In this document: one piece after another, positions 43,931 through 53,343 of the stretch
How the letters are laid out: every line of letters starts with the position of its first letter
Numbering within the stretch: the stretch's first letter is position 1
Source: Tagaea sp.
GTDB taxonomy: Bacteria; Pseudomonadota; Alphaproteobacteria; CACIAM-22H2
Reading direction: 5' to 3'
Length of the DNA: 64,000 nucleotides
Assembly (NCBI GenBank): GCA_965279525.1
Contig: CBDIIB010000005.1
Span: 928,001-992,000, forward strand
The notes under the pieces: generated by a model
What the model was told of the DNA's origin: nothing
Database searches by the model: none
Seen by the model: the letters and a program-made list of their open reading frames with translations, nothing else
Translations under genes and position numbers: made by a program

Positions 43931-44003
43931 GCCATTCCCCCCTCTTTTGCCGGGAGTCTAGCGGGTCGACGGCATTGTGCGCTAGCGTGCGACGCACAGC
44001 CGG

Positions 44004-45482
44004 ATGACCGACATACCCGCCCACTACTGGATCTACCTTGCCGCCGTGGCGCTCGCGATGCTCTGGCTCGCAGTCGCGGGCATGCGTTCGCGCGATCCGG
44101 TGCGCCGTCGCCTTTCGGCCCTCGGGATCGTGCTGCTGGTCGCCACGGCCCTGTGGGTCGGCGGGCCGAAGCTCGCCGGGCAGTTCGCCTCGCCGACGCT
44201 CAAGGGCCTGATCGCGGACGCGGCACGCGTCTTCGGCGTGCTGTGGTGGGTGCTGCTCGCCTTCATCCTGCTGGTCGGACTGGAGCGCTTCGTCTGGCGG
44301 ACGCTCGACAAGCGCAAGATCGCGGTACCCAAGCTGCTGAAGGACGTCGTGCGCGCCCTCGTGATGATCGTGGCGCTGTTCGGCATCGTTTCGGCGGCGT
44401 TCGACCAGTCCTTCACCGGCGTGCTCGCGGCCTCCGGCGTGCTTGCGGTCGTCATCGGCTTTGCCATGCAGTCGACGCTGGCCGACCTGTTCAGCGGGAT
44501 AGCGCTCAACATCGAGCGGCCCTACCGCGTGGACGACTGGGTGCAGATCGACAGCAATCTCGTGGGCCAGGTGCAGGAGATCAACTGGCGGGCCACGCGC
44601 CTGCGCTCGGCCGACGGCAACACGGTCGTGCTGCCGAACTCCAAGCTCGCCGCCGCCCAGATCGTCAACTACACCACGCCCGTCCCGCGCTACCGCGCAT
44701 CGGTCCTCGTTCCGCTCGATGCAGGCGTGCCGCCTGGCGTCGCCAAGGAAGCGCTCGCCGCCGCCGCGCTCAAGGCCATGCGCGTATGCGCCGATCCGGG
44801 GCCGACGGTCGAAACCAAGTCGATCGAGTATTCGACCGTCATCTACGACGTGCGCTACTGGGTCGATTCGTTCAACGATGATTCGATCGTGCACGACGAG
44901 GTGACGACGTCGATCTGGTACGCGCTTGACGCCGCCGGCATCGCCATCGGCCAGCCGATGCAGACCGACCGGTCGATGCACGAGCGGCTGCTCGACCATG
45001 TCGACCTGTTCCGCATGCTTGAACCCGAGCTGCGCGCGCGCATCGCGGCGGCGGCGCAGACCGTCTCGTTCCATAGCGGCGACGACGTGGTGCGGCACGG
45101 CGACACCGACAACTCGCTCTTCATCGTCGCGCGCGGCGTGTTCGAGGTCAGCCTCGAGAACGAAGGCAAGCGCGTGGCGGTGGCACGGCTGGGTACCGGC
45201 GATTTCTTCGGCGAGATGTCGCTGCTGACCGGCAGCCCCCGCAGCGCGCACGTGACGGCACTTTGCGATACGACGGCACTCGAGATTGACAAGAGCGCGC
45301 TGGGTCCGATCCTGAAGACGAACCCCACGCTCGCGAAGCTGCTGGGCGAAACCGTGCTACACCGTCGCCTTGCCAACGACGCCATGTTGCGTGCCATGCC
45401 GCCGACCGAACGGCGCACGGCCACGCGCAGCCAGGCCGCCGAGCTTCTCGATCGAATCCGCGCGTTCTTCGCGCTCGACTGA
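44004..45482 (+). CDS. MscS-family channel fused to a C-terminal cyclic-nucleotide-binding domain
   Basis: IGFAMQSTLADLFSGI, INWRATRL, LPNSKL; C-terminal GDFFGEMSLLTGSPRSA cNMP cassette. Confidence 0.9.
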   Translation: MTDIPAHYWIYLAAVALAMLWLAVAGMRSRDPVRRRLSALGIVLLVATALWVGGPKLAGQFASPTLKGLIADAARVFGVLWWVLLAFILLVGLERFVWRTLDKRKIAVPKLLKDVVRALVMIVALFGIVSAAFDQSFTGVLAASGVLAVVIGFAMQSTLADLFSGIALNIERPYRVDDWVQIDSNLVGQVQEINWRATRLRSADGNTVVLPNSKLAAAQIVNYTTPVPRYRASVLVPLDAGVPPGVAKEALAAAALKAMRVCADPGPTVETKSIEYSTVIYDVRYWVDSFNDDSIVHDEVTTSIWYALDAAGIAIGQPMQTDRSMHERLLDHVDLFRMLEPELRARIAAAAQTVSFHSGDDVVRHGDTDNSLFIVARGVFEVSLENEGKRVAVARLGTGDFFGEMSLLTGSPRSAHVTALCDTTALEIDKSALGPILKTNPTLAKLLGETVLHRRLANDAMLRAMPPTERRTATRSQAAELLDRIRAFFALD

Positions 45483-45492
45483 AGGTCCGACG

Positions 45493-46536
45493 ATGGAAAC
45501 AAGTCCCGAGCGGCAGGAATTCTACGACCGCATCGCCAGTGCCGGCCTGGCACCACTGTGGGAAGTGATGAAGGGCCTCATCACCAAGGAACCGAAAAGC
45601 GCTGCCGTCGCCCATCTGTGGCGCTACGAGGCCATCCGGCCCTTCATTCTCGAAGCCGGCGGTCTCATCACCGCCAAGGAAGCCGAGCGGCGCGTCCTGA
45701 TCCTCGAGAATCCGGGCCTGCCCGGGCAGTCGCGGATCACCAATTCGCTCTATGCCGGGCTGCAGCTGATCTTGCCGGGCGAAGTGGCACCGGCGCACCG
45801 CCACACGCAGTCGGCGCTGCGTTTCGTCGTCGAGGGCAGCGGCGCCTATACCGCCGTCGAAGGCGAGAAGACGGTCATGCGGCCGGGCGATTTCGTCATC
45901 ACGCCGTCCTGGGCGTGGCACGATCACGGCAACGAATCGCCCGATCCGATGGTGTGGCTCGACGGGTTGGACATCCCGATCGTCGGCTTCTTCGACGCCT
46001 CGTTCGCCGAGAGCCATGCCGACGACAGCCAACAGCTGGCGCGGCCCGTCGGCGACTCGATGGCCCGCTTCGGCGAGGGACTGCTGCCGGTGGGCTTCGA
46101 GCGCCGCTCGGCCACCAGCCCGGTCTTCAATTATCCCTATGAGCGCACGCGCGCCGCCCTCGAGACGCTGCGCCGCACGCAGGAATGGGACCCGTGCAAC
46201 GGCCTGCACATGCGCTACGTCAATCCGCTGGACGGCGGCTGGGCGATGCCGACGATCGGCACGACGATCCAGCTTCTGCCCGGCGGCTTCACGACGCAGC
46301 CCTACCGTTCGACCGACGGCACCGTGTTCTGCTGCACCGAAGGGCGCGGCAAGACGCACGTCTTCGGCCCGGGCGGCCGGCTCGAGACACTGGAATGGGG
46401 GCCGCGCGACATCTTCGTCGTGCCGTCGTGGAACTGGCGGCGCCACGAGGCGAGCGAAGACGCCGTGCTGTTCGCCTTCTCCGACAGGCCGGTGCAGGAA
46501 AAGCTCGGCCTGTGGCGCGAGGCGCGCGGGAACTAG
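45493..46536 (+). CDS. gtdA: Gentisate 1,2-dioxygenase (bicupin)
   Basis: AERRVLILENPGL, LYAGLQLILPGE.APAHRH, WHDHGN, WLDGLDIP. Confidence 0.9.
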   Translation: METSPERQEFYDRIASAGLAPLWEVMKGLITKEPKSAAVAHLWRYEAIRPFILEAGGLITAKEAERRVLILENPGLPGQSRITNSLYAGLQLILPGEVAPAHRHTQSALRFVVEGSGAYTAVEGEKTVMRPGDFVITPSWAWHDHGNESPDPMVWLDGLDIPIVGFFDASFAESHADDSQQLARPVGDSMARFGEGLLPVGFERRSATSPVFNYPYERTRAALETLRRTQEWDPCNGLHMRYVNPLDGGWAMPTIGTTIQLLPGGFTTQPYRSTDGTVFCCTEGRGKTHVFGPGGRLETLEWGPRDIFVVPSWNWRRHEASEDAVLFAFSDRPVQEKLGLWREARGN

Positions 46537-47381
46537 TCCGCCTTGATCGGATTGCGCAGCAGACCCACGCCGGTGATCTCGACCTCGACCGTGTCGCCGG
46601 GGAACATGTATTCCGGCGGCGTGCGGGCATTGCCGACCCCGCCCGGGGTGCCGGTGACGATCACGTCGCCCGGCTCGAGCGGTGCGAACGTCGAGATGTA
46701 GGCGATCAGCTGCGGAATGTCGTGGATCAGCATGTCGATCGTGGCCTGCTGCTTCACATGGCCATTCACGCGCGTGGTCAGCGTCTGCTTGGTGATGTCC
46801 TTCATCTCGTCGGACGTCACCATCCACGGGCCGAAACCGCCCGTTCCGGCGAAATTCTTGCCAGCGGTGAATTGCGAGGTGTGGCGCTGGTAGTCGCGCA
46901 CCGAGCCGTCGTTGTAGCAGGCATAGCCTGCGACGTATCCCATCGCCTTCTCGCGCGCGATGCGCCGGCCCTTCTTGCCGATCACGATGGCAAGTTCCCC
47001 TTCCCAGTCGAGCCGTTCGCTCTCCTTGGGCTTGAGCATCGGCTGGCCGTGGCCGATCTGGGTATATGCGTAGCGCGTGAAGATCGTCGGATGCTGCGTG
47101 TCGGGACGGCCGGTTTCGGCGCGGTGCTCGCGATAATTGACGCCGGCGCAGAAGATGATCGACGCATCGGGAATGACCGGCATCCAGACGAACTTGCCGT
47201 CCTTGATGTCGGGTTTGCGGCCCTTGGCATAGGCCTTGAGCTTGGCGAGGCCGCCGCCGAGCAGGGCCAGGCGCAATGTGGGCCATTTCTTGCCGAATTT
47301 CTTGCCGAGGTCGACCAGACCGCCGGCGACAATGGCGCCATAGGTTTCTTTCTTGCCGACGCGCACGCTCGCGAGCTTCAT
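46533..47381 (-). CDS. Fumarylacetoacetate hydrolase family protein
   Basis: CAGVNYREH, DWEGEL, NDGSVRD.Q, GKNF, PGDVIVTGTPGGVG. Confidence 0.92.
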   Translation of the reverse strand: MKLASVRVGKKETYGAIVAGGLVDLGKKFGKKWPTLRLALLGGGLAKLKAYAKGRKPDIKDGKFVWMPVIPDASIIFCAGVNYREHRAETGRPDTQHPTIFTRYAYTQIGHGQPMLKPKESERLDWEGELAIVIGKKGRRIAREKAMGYVAGYACYNDGSVRDYQRHTSQFTAGKNFAGTGGFGPWMVTSDEMKDITKQTLTTRVNGHVKQQATIDMLIHDIPQLIAYISTFAPLEPGDVIVTGTPGGVGNARTPPEYMFPGDTVEVEITGVGLLRNPIKAD

Positions 47382-47494
47382 ATGCGATCTTCCTTCCCCG
47401 GATGACCCGGCCGGTCTTGCGCCGGCCGGCAAATTCGATGCCCGTTGGATAGCCCGTCCGGCGGTTTGCGGCAACCCCGTCAGCAGCACAAGAA

Positions 47495-48142
47495 ATGACC
47501 CTGGAATCGCCTCCGGAATTCGACGAAACCTTTGCCGGTCAGCTCGATTCGCTGTTGCGCTGGCGGCGCGACGTGCGTCATTTCCGGACCGAACCCCTGC
47601 CGGCGGGCACGCTGGAAGCGCTCGTCGCGCGCGCCGCCCTCGCCCCGTCGGTGGGCAACAGCCAGCCTTGGCGCTTCGTGCGCGTGGCCGATCCCGCAAG
47701 ACGGGCAGCGGTAAGGGCCGAGTTCGAGCGCTGCAACGCGGCCGTCCTGGCAGGTCAGGACGGCGAACGGGCCGCACGCTATTCGACGTTGAAGCTCGCC
47801 GGGCTGGATCGGGCGCCCGAACATCTTGCCGTGTTCTGCGACGACGGCACGCTTGCCGGCCACGGCCTGGGCCGCGCCACGATGCCCGAGACGCTGCGCT
47901 ACTCGGCCGTGGGGGCGGTGTCGGCACTGTGGCTCGCCGCCCGCGCGCGCGGCATCGGCGTCGGCTGGGTCTCCATCCTCGAGCCAGCGCGCGTCGCAGC
48001 ACTCCTCGAGGTTCCCGGCGACTGGTCGCTCGTCGCCTATCTATGCGTGGGCTGGCCGACGTCCGACAGCGACGTGCCGGAACTGGAGCGCGCCGGCTGG
48101 CAGGCCCGCGACCCGCGTGCTTCGGAGATTCTCGCGCGCTAG
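47495..48142 (+). CDS. bluB: 5,6-dimethylbenzimidazole synthase (flavin destructase)
   Basis: WRRDVRHF, APSVGNSQPWRF, LKLAGL, LG..TMPE, LWLAARA.G.GVGWVSI. Confidence 0.9.
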   Translation: MTLESPPEFDETFAGQLDSLLRWRRDVRHFRTEPLPAGTLEALVARAALAPSVGNSQPWRFVRVADPARRAAVRAEFERCNAAVLAGQDGERAARYSTLKLAGLDRAPEHLAVFCDDGTLAGHGLGRATMPETLRYSAVGAVSALWLAARARGIGVGWVSILEPARVAALLEVPGDWSLVAYLCVGWPTSDSDVPELERAGWQARDPRASEILAR

Positions 48143-48146
48143 ATGC

Positions 48147-48998
48147 CTAGCTGCGCATCCAAGCTCCGCCCCACAGATTGAGCGCGCGCTCGCCGTGCTC
48201 CCAGCGCCGCGCCTTCGTGTCCACCCCCATCGTCTCGAGCTCGGCGGAGATCTCGACCTTGTAGCCGTCGGGGTCCTCGACCATGAAGAACAGGTTGTTG
48301 CCCGGCCCGTGCCGGCCCGGCCCCCACCACAATTTTACGTGAAGGCTCGCCATGTGGTCGGCCCATAGCTTGATGTCGCTCCAGCCCGTGGTCTCGTAGG
48401 CATGGTGGTCGCCGCCCGCCTTGGGTGCGCGGAACGCCGCCAGCGAATGGTGTTCGGCATCCGAGCGCCAGAACGTCGCGGTCACCTGGTTGCCCTGCAT
48501 CACGTCGTCCGACGTGCGGAAGCCGAGCTTGCCGACATAGAAATCGACCAGCCGCGCGAGATCTGTCGTCGCGTGGACGACATGCTGCAGGCGTCCGGGC
48601 AGCGCTTGGGCGCCTGCGCCCGGCGGCGGCACGGGAAACTTCGCGTCCGGCAGGCCGAAGGCAAGGATGCGCGCGTCGGGATCGACGAGCGCGAAGCCTT
48701 CGGCGAACAGCGGCGTGGCGTTGGGCAGTACGGCAAGCCCTTGTGTCGCACAGTGCGCGCGCAGGGCGGCAAGCTGGGCCAGATCGGCCACGCGGAAGGC
48801 CGACAGGTTCTGTCCGCCCTTCTCGCCCGGACCCACCAGCAGACGGCGGTTGAAACCTTCGAGCAGCCACAGCCCGTCGCCCAGATCGCGAGGCGCCATG
48901 CCGAACGCGTCGCGATAGAACGCGACGAGCCTGTCGGGCGCGTCGGAGTCCCGGCGGATGTGGTCCAGTCTTGCCGGCCAAAGCGGTGTCGAGTTCAT
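48147..48998 (-). CDS. Two-domain VOC protein, extradiol ring-cleavage dioxygenase-like
   Basis: LQHVV, EHHSLA, DHHAYE, WGPGRHGPGNNLFF...DPDG..VE. Confidence 0.75.
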   Translation of the reverse strand: MNSTPLWPARLDHIRRDSDAPDRLVAFYRDAFGMAPRDLGDGLWLLEGFNRRLLVGPGEKGGQNLSAFRVADLAQLAALRAHCATQGLAVLPNATPLFAEGFALVDPDARILAFGLPDAKFPVPPPGAGAQALPGRLQHVVHATTDLARLVDFYVGKLGFRTSDDVMQGNQVTATFWRSDAEHHSLAAFRAPKAGGDHHAYETTGWSDIKLWADHMASLHVKLWWGPGRHGPGNNLFFMVEDPDGYKVEISAELETMGVDTKARRWEHGERALNLWGGAWMRS

Positions 48999-49008
48999 GC
49001 CCGTCGTC

Positions 49009-50256
49009 TCACTCCCTTGAAAATGCGTCAGCACGGCGCACGACGACGAGCGCCACAAGGCTGATGCCGGTGCACAGGATACCTGTCCCCAGCATCGTCG
49101 GCGCCACGCCGAAGACGCCGAACAGGCTCGGCGACAGGAGGCTGGCGATCATGATGCCGCCGAAGGTCATGAACATGCGCACGCGATGCACCGAGGCCGC
49201 GGCGGCGCGCGGTGCCGCAGGGCCGCCCGCAAGCTGGATGCGCATGGCAAGCGGGATGTCGCACATCGGCCCGCCGAGGGCCGCCAGCGCCAGCCCGGCA
49301 TAGAGAGCCGGCAGCAGGGCCGGTTCGGGTGCCAGCAGCGCGCCGAGCCCCATGGCGCCAAGCCCCGTTCCCATCAGCGCGAGGCCCGTTACCATGCGCA
49401 GCATCGAAAGCGACGGGGCGATCGAGACGATGACGATGTTCGAGAAGATGTTGAAGATCCCGTAGGCGGCAAGTCCGGTGCCGTAGGCGGCCACGCCCGA
49501 GATGCCAAGCCAGCTCGCACCGCTCTGCTCGATCGTCAGCGGGAATGCGTGACCGATCACCACGACCCAACAGCCGTCCGTGACGCTCTTCAGGCTCAGT
49601 ATGCTGCGGAGTGCACGCTCGGAGCGCACGATGCGTACGCCGAGAATGAATCCGCCGTCGCTGCGCCCTTCGCGCACCGGGATCGCATCGCCAACGCGCA
49701 GCAGCAGATAGGCCGCGAAAAGCAGGGCGGCCGCGTAGACGAAAAACAGGTCATGCACCGCGATGACCGTCGCGAGCGCTGCGGCAAGCAATGGGCCGGT
49801 GATGCGCGCCAAGCGGCGGACCCCGTCGATCAAGCCGTTCGTCGCGAACAGCAAGTCGCGGCTGGCGACCAGTACGGGCAGGTGGCCCTGGATCGCCGGT
49901 TCGAACTGGGCGCGCATCAGCGAGACCAGGACCGCCGGCACCATCAGGGCCGCGAAGGACGGATAGCCCGCCTCCCAGGCGATCGGCGGGACCAACACGC
50001 AGACCGCACCCACCGTCAGGAAGATCGACAGCGCCCGGCGCTGGCTTGCCGCGGCGGCGAGCGCGCCGCCGAACGCAGCACCCACCAGCATGCAGGCCGA
50101 TTGCATGGCACCCAGATAGCCCGCCTGCCGGCCGACGATGCCGACGGCAAGCCAGACGAGTGCCACGCGATAGAGTTCGTCGCCCATCGTGAACACGCTG
50201 AGCGCCGTCCAGAGCCGGGCGATGATCGGGTTCTTGAGAGGGGCGAGCGCCCTCAC
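49009..50256 (-). CDS. MFS transporter (DHA3/EntS-like)
   Basis: About 12 hydrophobic segments; RLW.A......GD......ALVW N-terminus, ANG-like ATNG..ITGPLLA; GTGA overlap. Confidence 0.75.
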   Translation of the reverse strand: MRALAPLKNPIIARLWTALSVFTMGDELYRVALVWLAVGIVGRQAGYLGAMQSACMLVGAAFGGALAAAASQRRALSIFLTVGAVCVLVPPIAWEAGYPSFAALMVPAVLVSLMRAQFEPAIQGHLPVLVASRDLLFATNGLIDGVRRLARITGPLLAAALATVIAVHDLFFVYAAALLFAAYLLLRVGDAIPVREGRSDGGFILGVRIVRSERALRSILSLKSVTDGCWVVVIGHAFPLTIEQSGASWLGISGVAAYGTGLAAYGIFNIFSNIVIVSIAPSLSMLRMVTGLALMGTGLGAMGLGALLAPEPALLPALYAGLALAALGGPMCDIPLAMRIQLAGGPAAPRAAAASVHRVRMFMTFGGIMIASLLSPSLFGVFGVAPTMLGTGILCTGISLVALVVVRRADAFSRE

Positions 50257-50789
50257 CTGGCGGTCGCGCGCGCGGCCTTTTTGGCCAGCGCCTGGAAGGC
50301 GCCCGCCGCGTAGAGGAGCGGAGCGCCGTTCTTGCGCGCGTGTGCCGCACGCACCTCGCCGATGAACACCGTGTGTGTGCCCGACTGGATCGCGTCGACG
50401 AGCGTGCAGTCGAAATAGGCAAGCGCGTCGGCAAGCACGGGTGCGCCAGTTGCCGCCGCGATCCAGTCCCCGCGCCCGAAGCGCTCCTCGCCCTGCACGC
50501 CGGTGGCACCGGCAAAGCGCAACGCGAGCGACTTGTGGCGCGTGCCGAGCACGTTGACCGAGAACCGTCCGGCCCGCGCGATCGCCGCGTTGGGGGCCGA
50601 ATCCCGATTGACGCACACGAGAATGCGCGGCGGCTCGGCCGACAGCGAGCAGACGGCGGTCGCCGTCAGGCCCGACCGTTCGCCCTTGCGCCCGGCCGTG
50701 GCCACGATCGTCACGCCGGCGGCGAGCCGGCGCATGGCGTTCTTGAATTCGGTGGCCGCGACGGCGGCGGCGGTGCGGCGGCGCTTCAT
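50253..50789 (-). CDS. Flavin reductase (HpaC/RutF-like)
   Basis: FKNAMRRLAAGVTIV, GLTATAVCSLSAEPP, GTHTVFIGEV, PLLY. Confidence 0.92.
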   Translation of the reverse strand: MKRRRTAAAVAATEFKNAMRRLAAGVTIVATAGRKGERSGLTATAVCSLSAEPPRILVCVNRDSAPNAAIARAGRFSVNVLGTRHKSLALRFAGATGVQGEERFGRGDWIAAATGAPVLADALAYFDCTLVDAIQSGTHTVFIGEVRAAHARKNGAPLLYAAGAFQALAKKAARATAR

Positions 50790-50953
50790 CGGACGGAAAC
50801 GCTGGATACGGGACCGGATTCCATGGCGGGCATCGGCTTTCGGGAAGGCTGGCGAATCGGGGAGTACTGTAGCGCCGCCGGGCGTGCCGCGCACAGGTCC
50901 CTTGCCCGTACCGGGCGGACGCGCTACGAACCCCGCGCGCGACGGGAGCACGG

Positions 50954-51406
50954 ATGCAGTCGATCCCAAGCTTGTGTTTTCTGGTCCTTTTCCTGTCCGG
51001 CCCGGTCGCCGCGCAGACCCAGCCGCGCACGCTGGAAATGGAGCTGGCGCGCGATTTCCTCGCACTCGAACTCGCCGGCTGGCGGCTCCCCGATCCCGTG
51101 CTCGACTGCATCGAAACGCTGCGTCTGTCGCGCCTGGAGCCGGGCAGCTTCGGGGCGGCCGAAATGGCGGTCGATCCGATCCTTGTCGACGGTCCCGGCC
51201 CGTTCGCCCGGGTTGTTTCGATCGAACCGGATCCGGTCGACAGGCGCCGAAGAATCGTTCGGATTCAATGGCTTGTGATCGAGCAGGGGGCTTCGAAGAC
51301 GTACAACGACATGTTCGTCATGGCGATGAACGACGCCGGCGGGGCAGCAGCGATGATGCGCGAGCCGGACCGGCTGGTCGTGCGCCGGGAATGCTTCGGC
51401 GGTTGA
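50954..51406 (+). CDS. Hypothetical secreted protein
   Basis: GGGAG RBS; signal peptide ending VAA; fills the gap before the glycan operon. Confidence 0.6.
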   Translation: MQSIPSLCFLVLFLSGPVAAQTQPRTLEMELARDFLALELAGWRLPDPVLDCIETLRLSRLEPGSFGAAEMAVDPILVDGPGPFARVVSIEPDPVDRRRRIVRIQWLVIEQGASKTYNDMFVMAMNDAGGAAAMMREPDRLVVRRECFGG

Positions 51407-51428
51407 GCCGTTAGAACGGACAGGAATC

Positions 51429-52175
51429 ATGGAAATCGAACAGAATCCGGCTACCGACTGGCGCCAGCGTTTTCTCGCGCGCTACGTCTCGACCCACGCG
51501 GCCGTCTCGGACGCGGCGGGCAACCTCGACCGGCGCTGGCCGTTCCTCGAGAAGCTGGTGCGCGAGCATTTTCCGGCCGACCGCGACGCGAAGATCGTCG
51601 ATCTGGGCTGCGGGCACGGCGCCATCGTGTGGGCGGCCCGCAAGCTCGGCTATCGCAACATCGAGGGCGTGGACGCCAGCCCCGAGCAGGTCGCGATGGC
51701 AGCCCAGCTCAAGATCGACGGCGTGCGCCAGGGCGACTTGATGGCCACGCTGCGTTCAGCACCGGCCGACAGCCTCGACGCCGTCGTGCTGTTCGACCTC
51801 TACCACTATTTCGATCCGGCCACGCAGCTGCGCCTGGCCGACGAAGTGCGCCGCGTGCTGAAGCCGGGCGGGCGCTTCATCATGCATCTGCCCAACGGCG
51901 AAGCACTGTTCGCCGGGCGCGTGCGCTACTGGGACATCATGGCGACCGGCTCGTTCACGCGCCGGTCGATCGAGCAGCTGATGCTGGTGTGCGACTTCAA
52001 GGGCGTCGCCTGCTTCGAGGACCAGCCGGTCGTGCACGGCCTCAAGAGTGCCGCCCGCTACGCGGTGTGGAAGCTTGTCCGCGCAGCGCTGCGCCTGGCG
52101 ATGGCGGCCGAGACGGGCGAAACGGCCAGCGATGCGATCTTCAGCCAGACGTTTCTGGCGGTCGCGCGCAAGTAA
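51429..52175 (+). CDS. Class I SAM-dependent methyltransferase
   Basis: VDLGCGHG, GVD, RVLKPGG..I...PN. Confidence 0.9.
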   Translation: MEIEQNPATDWRQRFLARYVSTHAAVSDAAGNLDRRWPFLEKLVREHFPADRDAKIVDLGCGHGAIVWAARKLGYRNIEGVDASPEQVAMAAQLKIDGVRQGDLMATLRSAPADSLDAVVLFDLYHYFDPATQLRLADEVRRVLKPGGRFIMHLPNGEALFAGRVRYWDIMATGSFTRRSIEQLMLVCDFKGVACFEDQPVVHGLKSAARYAVWKLVRAALRLAMAAETGETASDAIFSQTFLAVARK

Positions 52176-52196
52176 CGCTATCGTCCGGACACCCCC

Positions 52197-53336
52197 ATGC
52201 GCATCCTGTTCCTTGGCTTCGACATCGAAGGCTATGGCGGCATCGCCACCTACAGCCGCTATCAGGTCGCGGCCCTGAAGCGGCTTGGCCATGCCGTCGA
52301 GATCGTGTCGATCGACAAACAGAGCGGCGCACCCCTCGCGCCGGGCATCGCCGACCGCAAGCTGCCGTTCGACAGCCGGCTGCGCGCCGTCGCCACACTG
52401 GTGAAGGAAGCCATCGCGGCGCGCGGGCGCTACGATCTCGTGATGCTCAACCATGTGTTCCTCGCAGGGCTCGGCTGGCTCGTGAAGAAGATCTCGGGCA
52501 CGCCCTTCACCGTCAATGTCTACAACATCGACATCCTGACGAAGCTGCCGCCCTTGCGCGAAGGTGCGTTCGCGGCTGCCGATCTGGTCATTGCGGATTG
52601 CCAGTACACGATCGACTGGATGCCGAAGTACCGCAACTTCGTGCCGCCGACGGGCCTGCTCTATGATCCGGTGGATGTGGAGTTCTTCAAGCCGATGGCG
52701 AAGGCGGCAGCACGCGCGGAACTCGCGAAGGCCTATGGCTGGAACGATCTTGCCGGGCGCTTCGTCGTGACGACGGTCGCCGCAATGCTGCTGCCACCCA
52801 ACAAGGGCCAGCGCCAGACGATCGACGCGATCGCCAAACTCGCCGATCCGCGCCTGCTCTATATCGTCGTCGGCTCGGGGCCGGACCGCGAGGCGATGGA
52901 AGCCTATGCGCGTACCGCCGGCGTGGCCGGTCAGGTCCGCTTCACGGGCCGTGCGCCGCAAGGACAGCTGCCGGTGCTCTATGCCGCGGCCGACGTCGCG
53001 ACCCTCGTCGCGCGCGGCGGGCCGGGCTGGGGCGAAGCCGTACCCCTCGGTCTCATCGAGGCGGCCGCCTGCGGCACGCCGTTCGTGTGCGGCAACGAGG
53101 ACGGCTCGCCCGAAGCCATCGACGCAGCCGATCCCTGCGGCTTCGCGATTTCGCCGCTCGATGTCGACGCACTTGCAGCCACGCTCGCCACTTTGCGCGA
53201 CGATCCGGCACTTTGCGCGCGCATGGGGGCGGCAGGCATCCGTACCGTCGGGAAGCTGTTCGCGTTCGAGCGCTATGTCGAGCAGCAGGAACGTCTGCTC
53301 GCACGTTTCGTCGCGCGCACGAAGATGGCGGCGTGA
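52197..53336 (+). CDS. GT4 glycosyltransferase
   Basis: GGIATY, KGQ, VGSGPD, EAVPLGLIEAAACG (EX7E). Confidence 0.9.
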   Translation: MRILFLGFDIEGYGGIATYSRYQVAALKRLGHAVEIVSIDKQSGAPLAPGIADRKLPFDSRLRAVATLVKEAIAARGRYDLVMLNHVFLAGLGWLVKKISGTPFTVNVYNIDILTKLPPLREGAFAAADLVIADCQYTIDWMPKYRNFVPPTGLLYDPVDVEFFKPMAKAAARAELAKAYGWNDLAGRFVVTTVAAMLLPPNKGQRQTIDAIAKLADPRLLYIVVGSGPDREAMEAYARTAGVAGQVRFTGRAPQGQLPVLYAAADVATLVARGGPGWGEAVPLGLIEAAACGTPFVCGNEDGSPEAIDAADPCGFAISPLDVDALAATLATLRDDPALCARMGAAGIRTVGKLFAFERYVEQQERLLARFVARTKMAA

Positions 53337-53343
53337 GGACGAC

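Noticed and set aside
47382-47494. Possible cobalamin riboswitch upstream of bluB, including a CCGGCCGG-N7-CCGGCCGG hairpin at 47407-47429
   Set aside because: The spacer is only about 113 nt and lacks recognisable B12-box and GGGAA/GCCACTG core elements; an Rfam search would settle it
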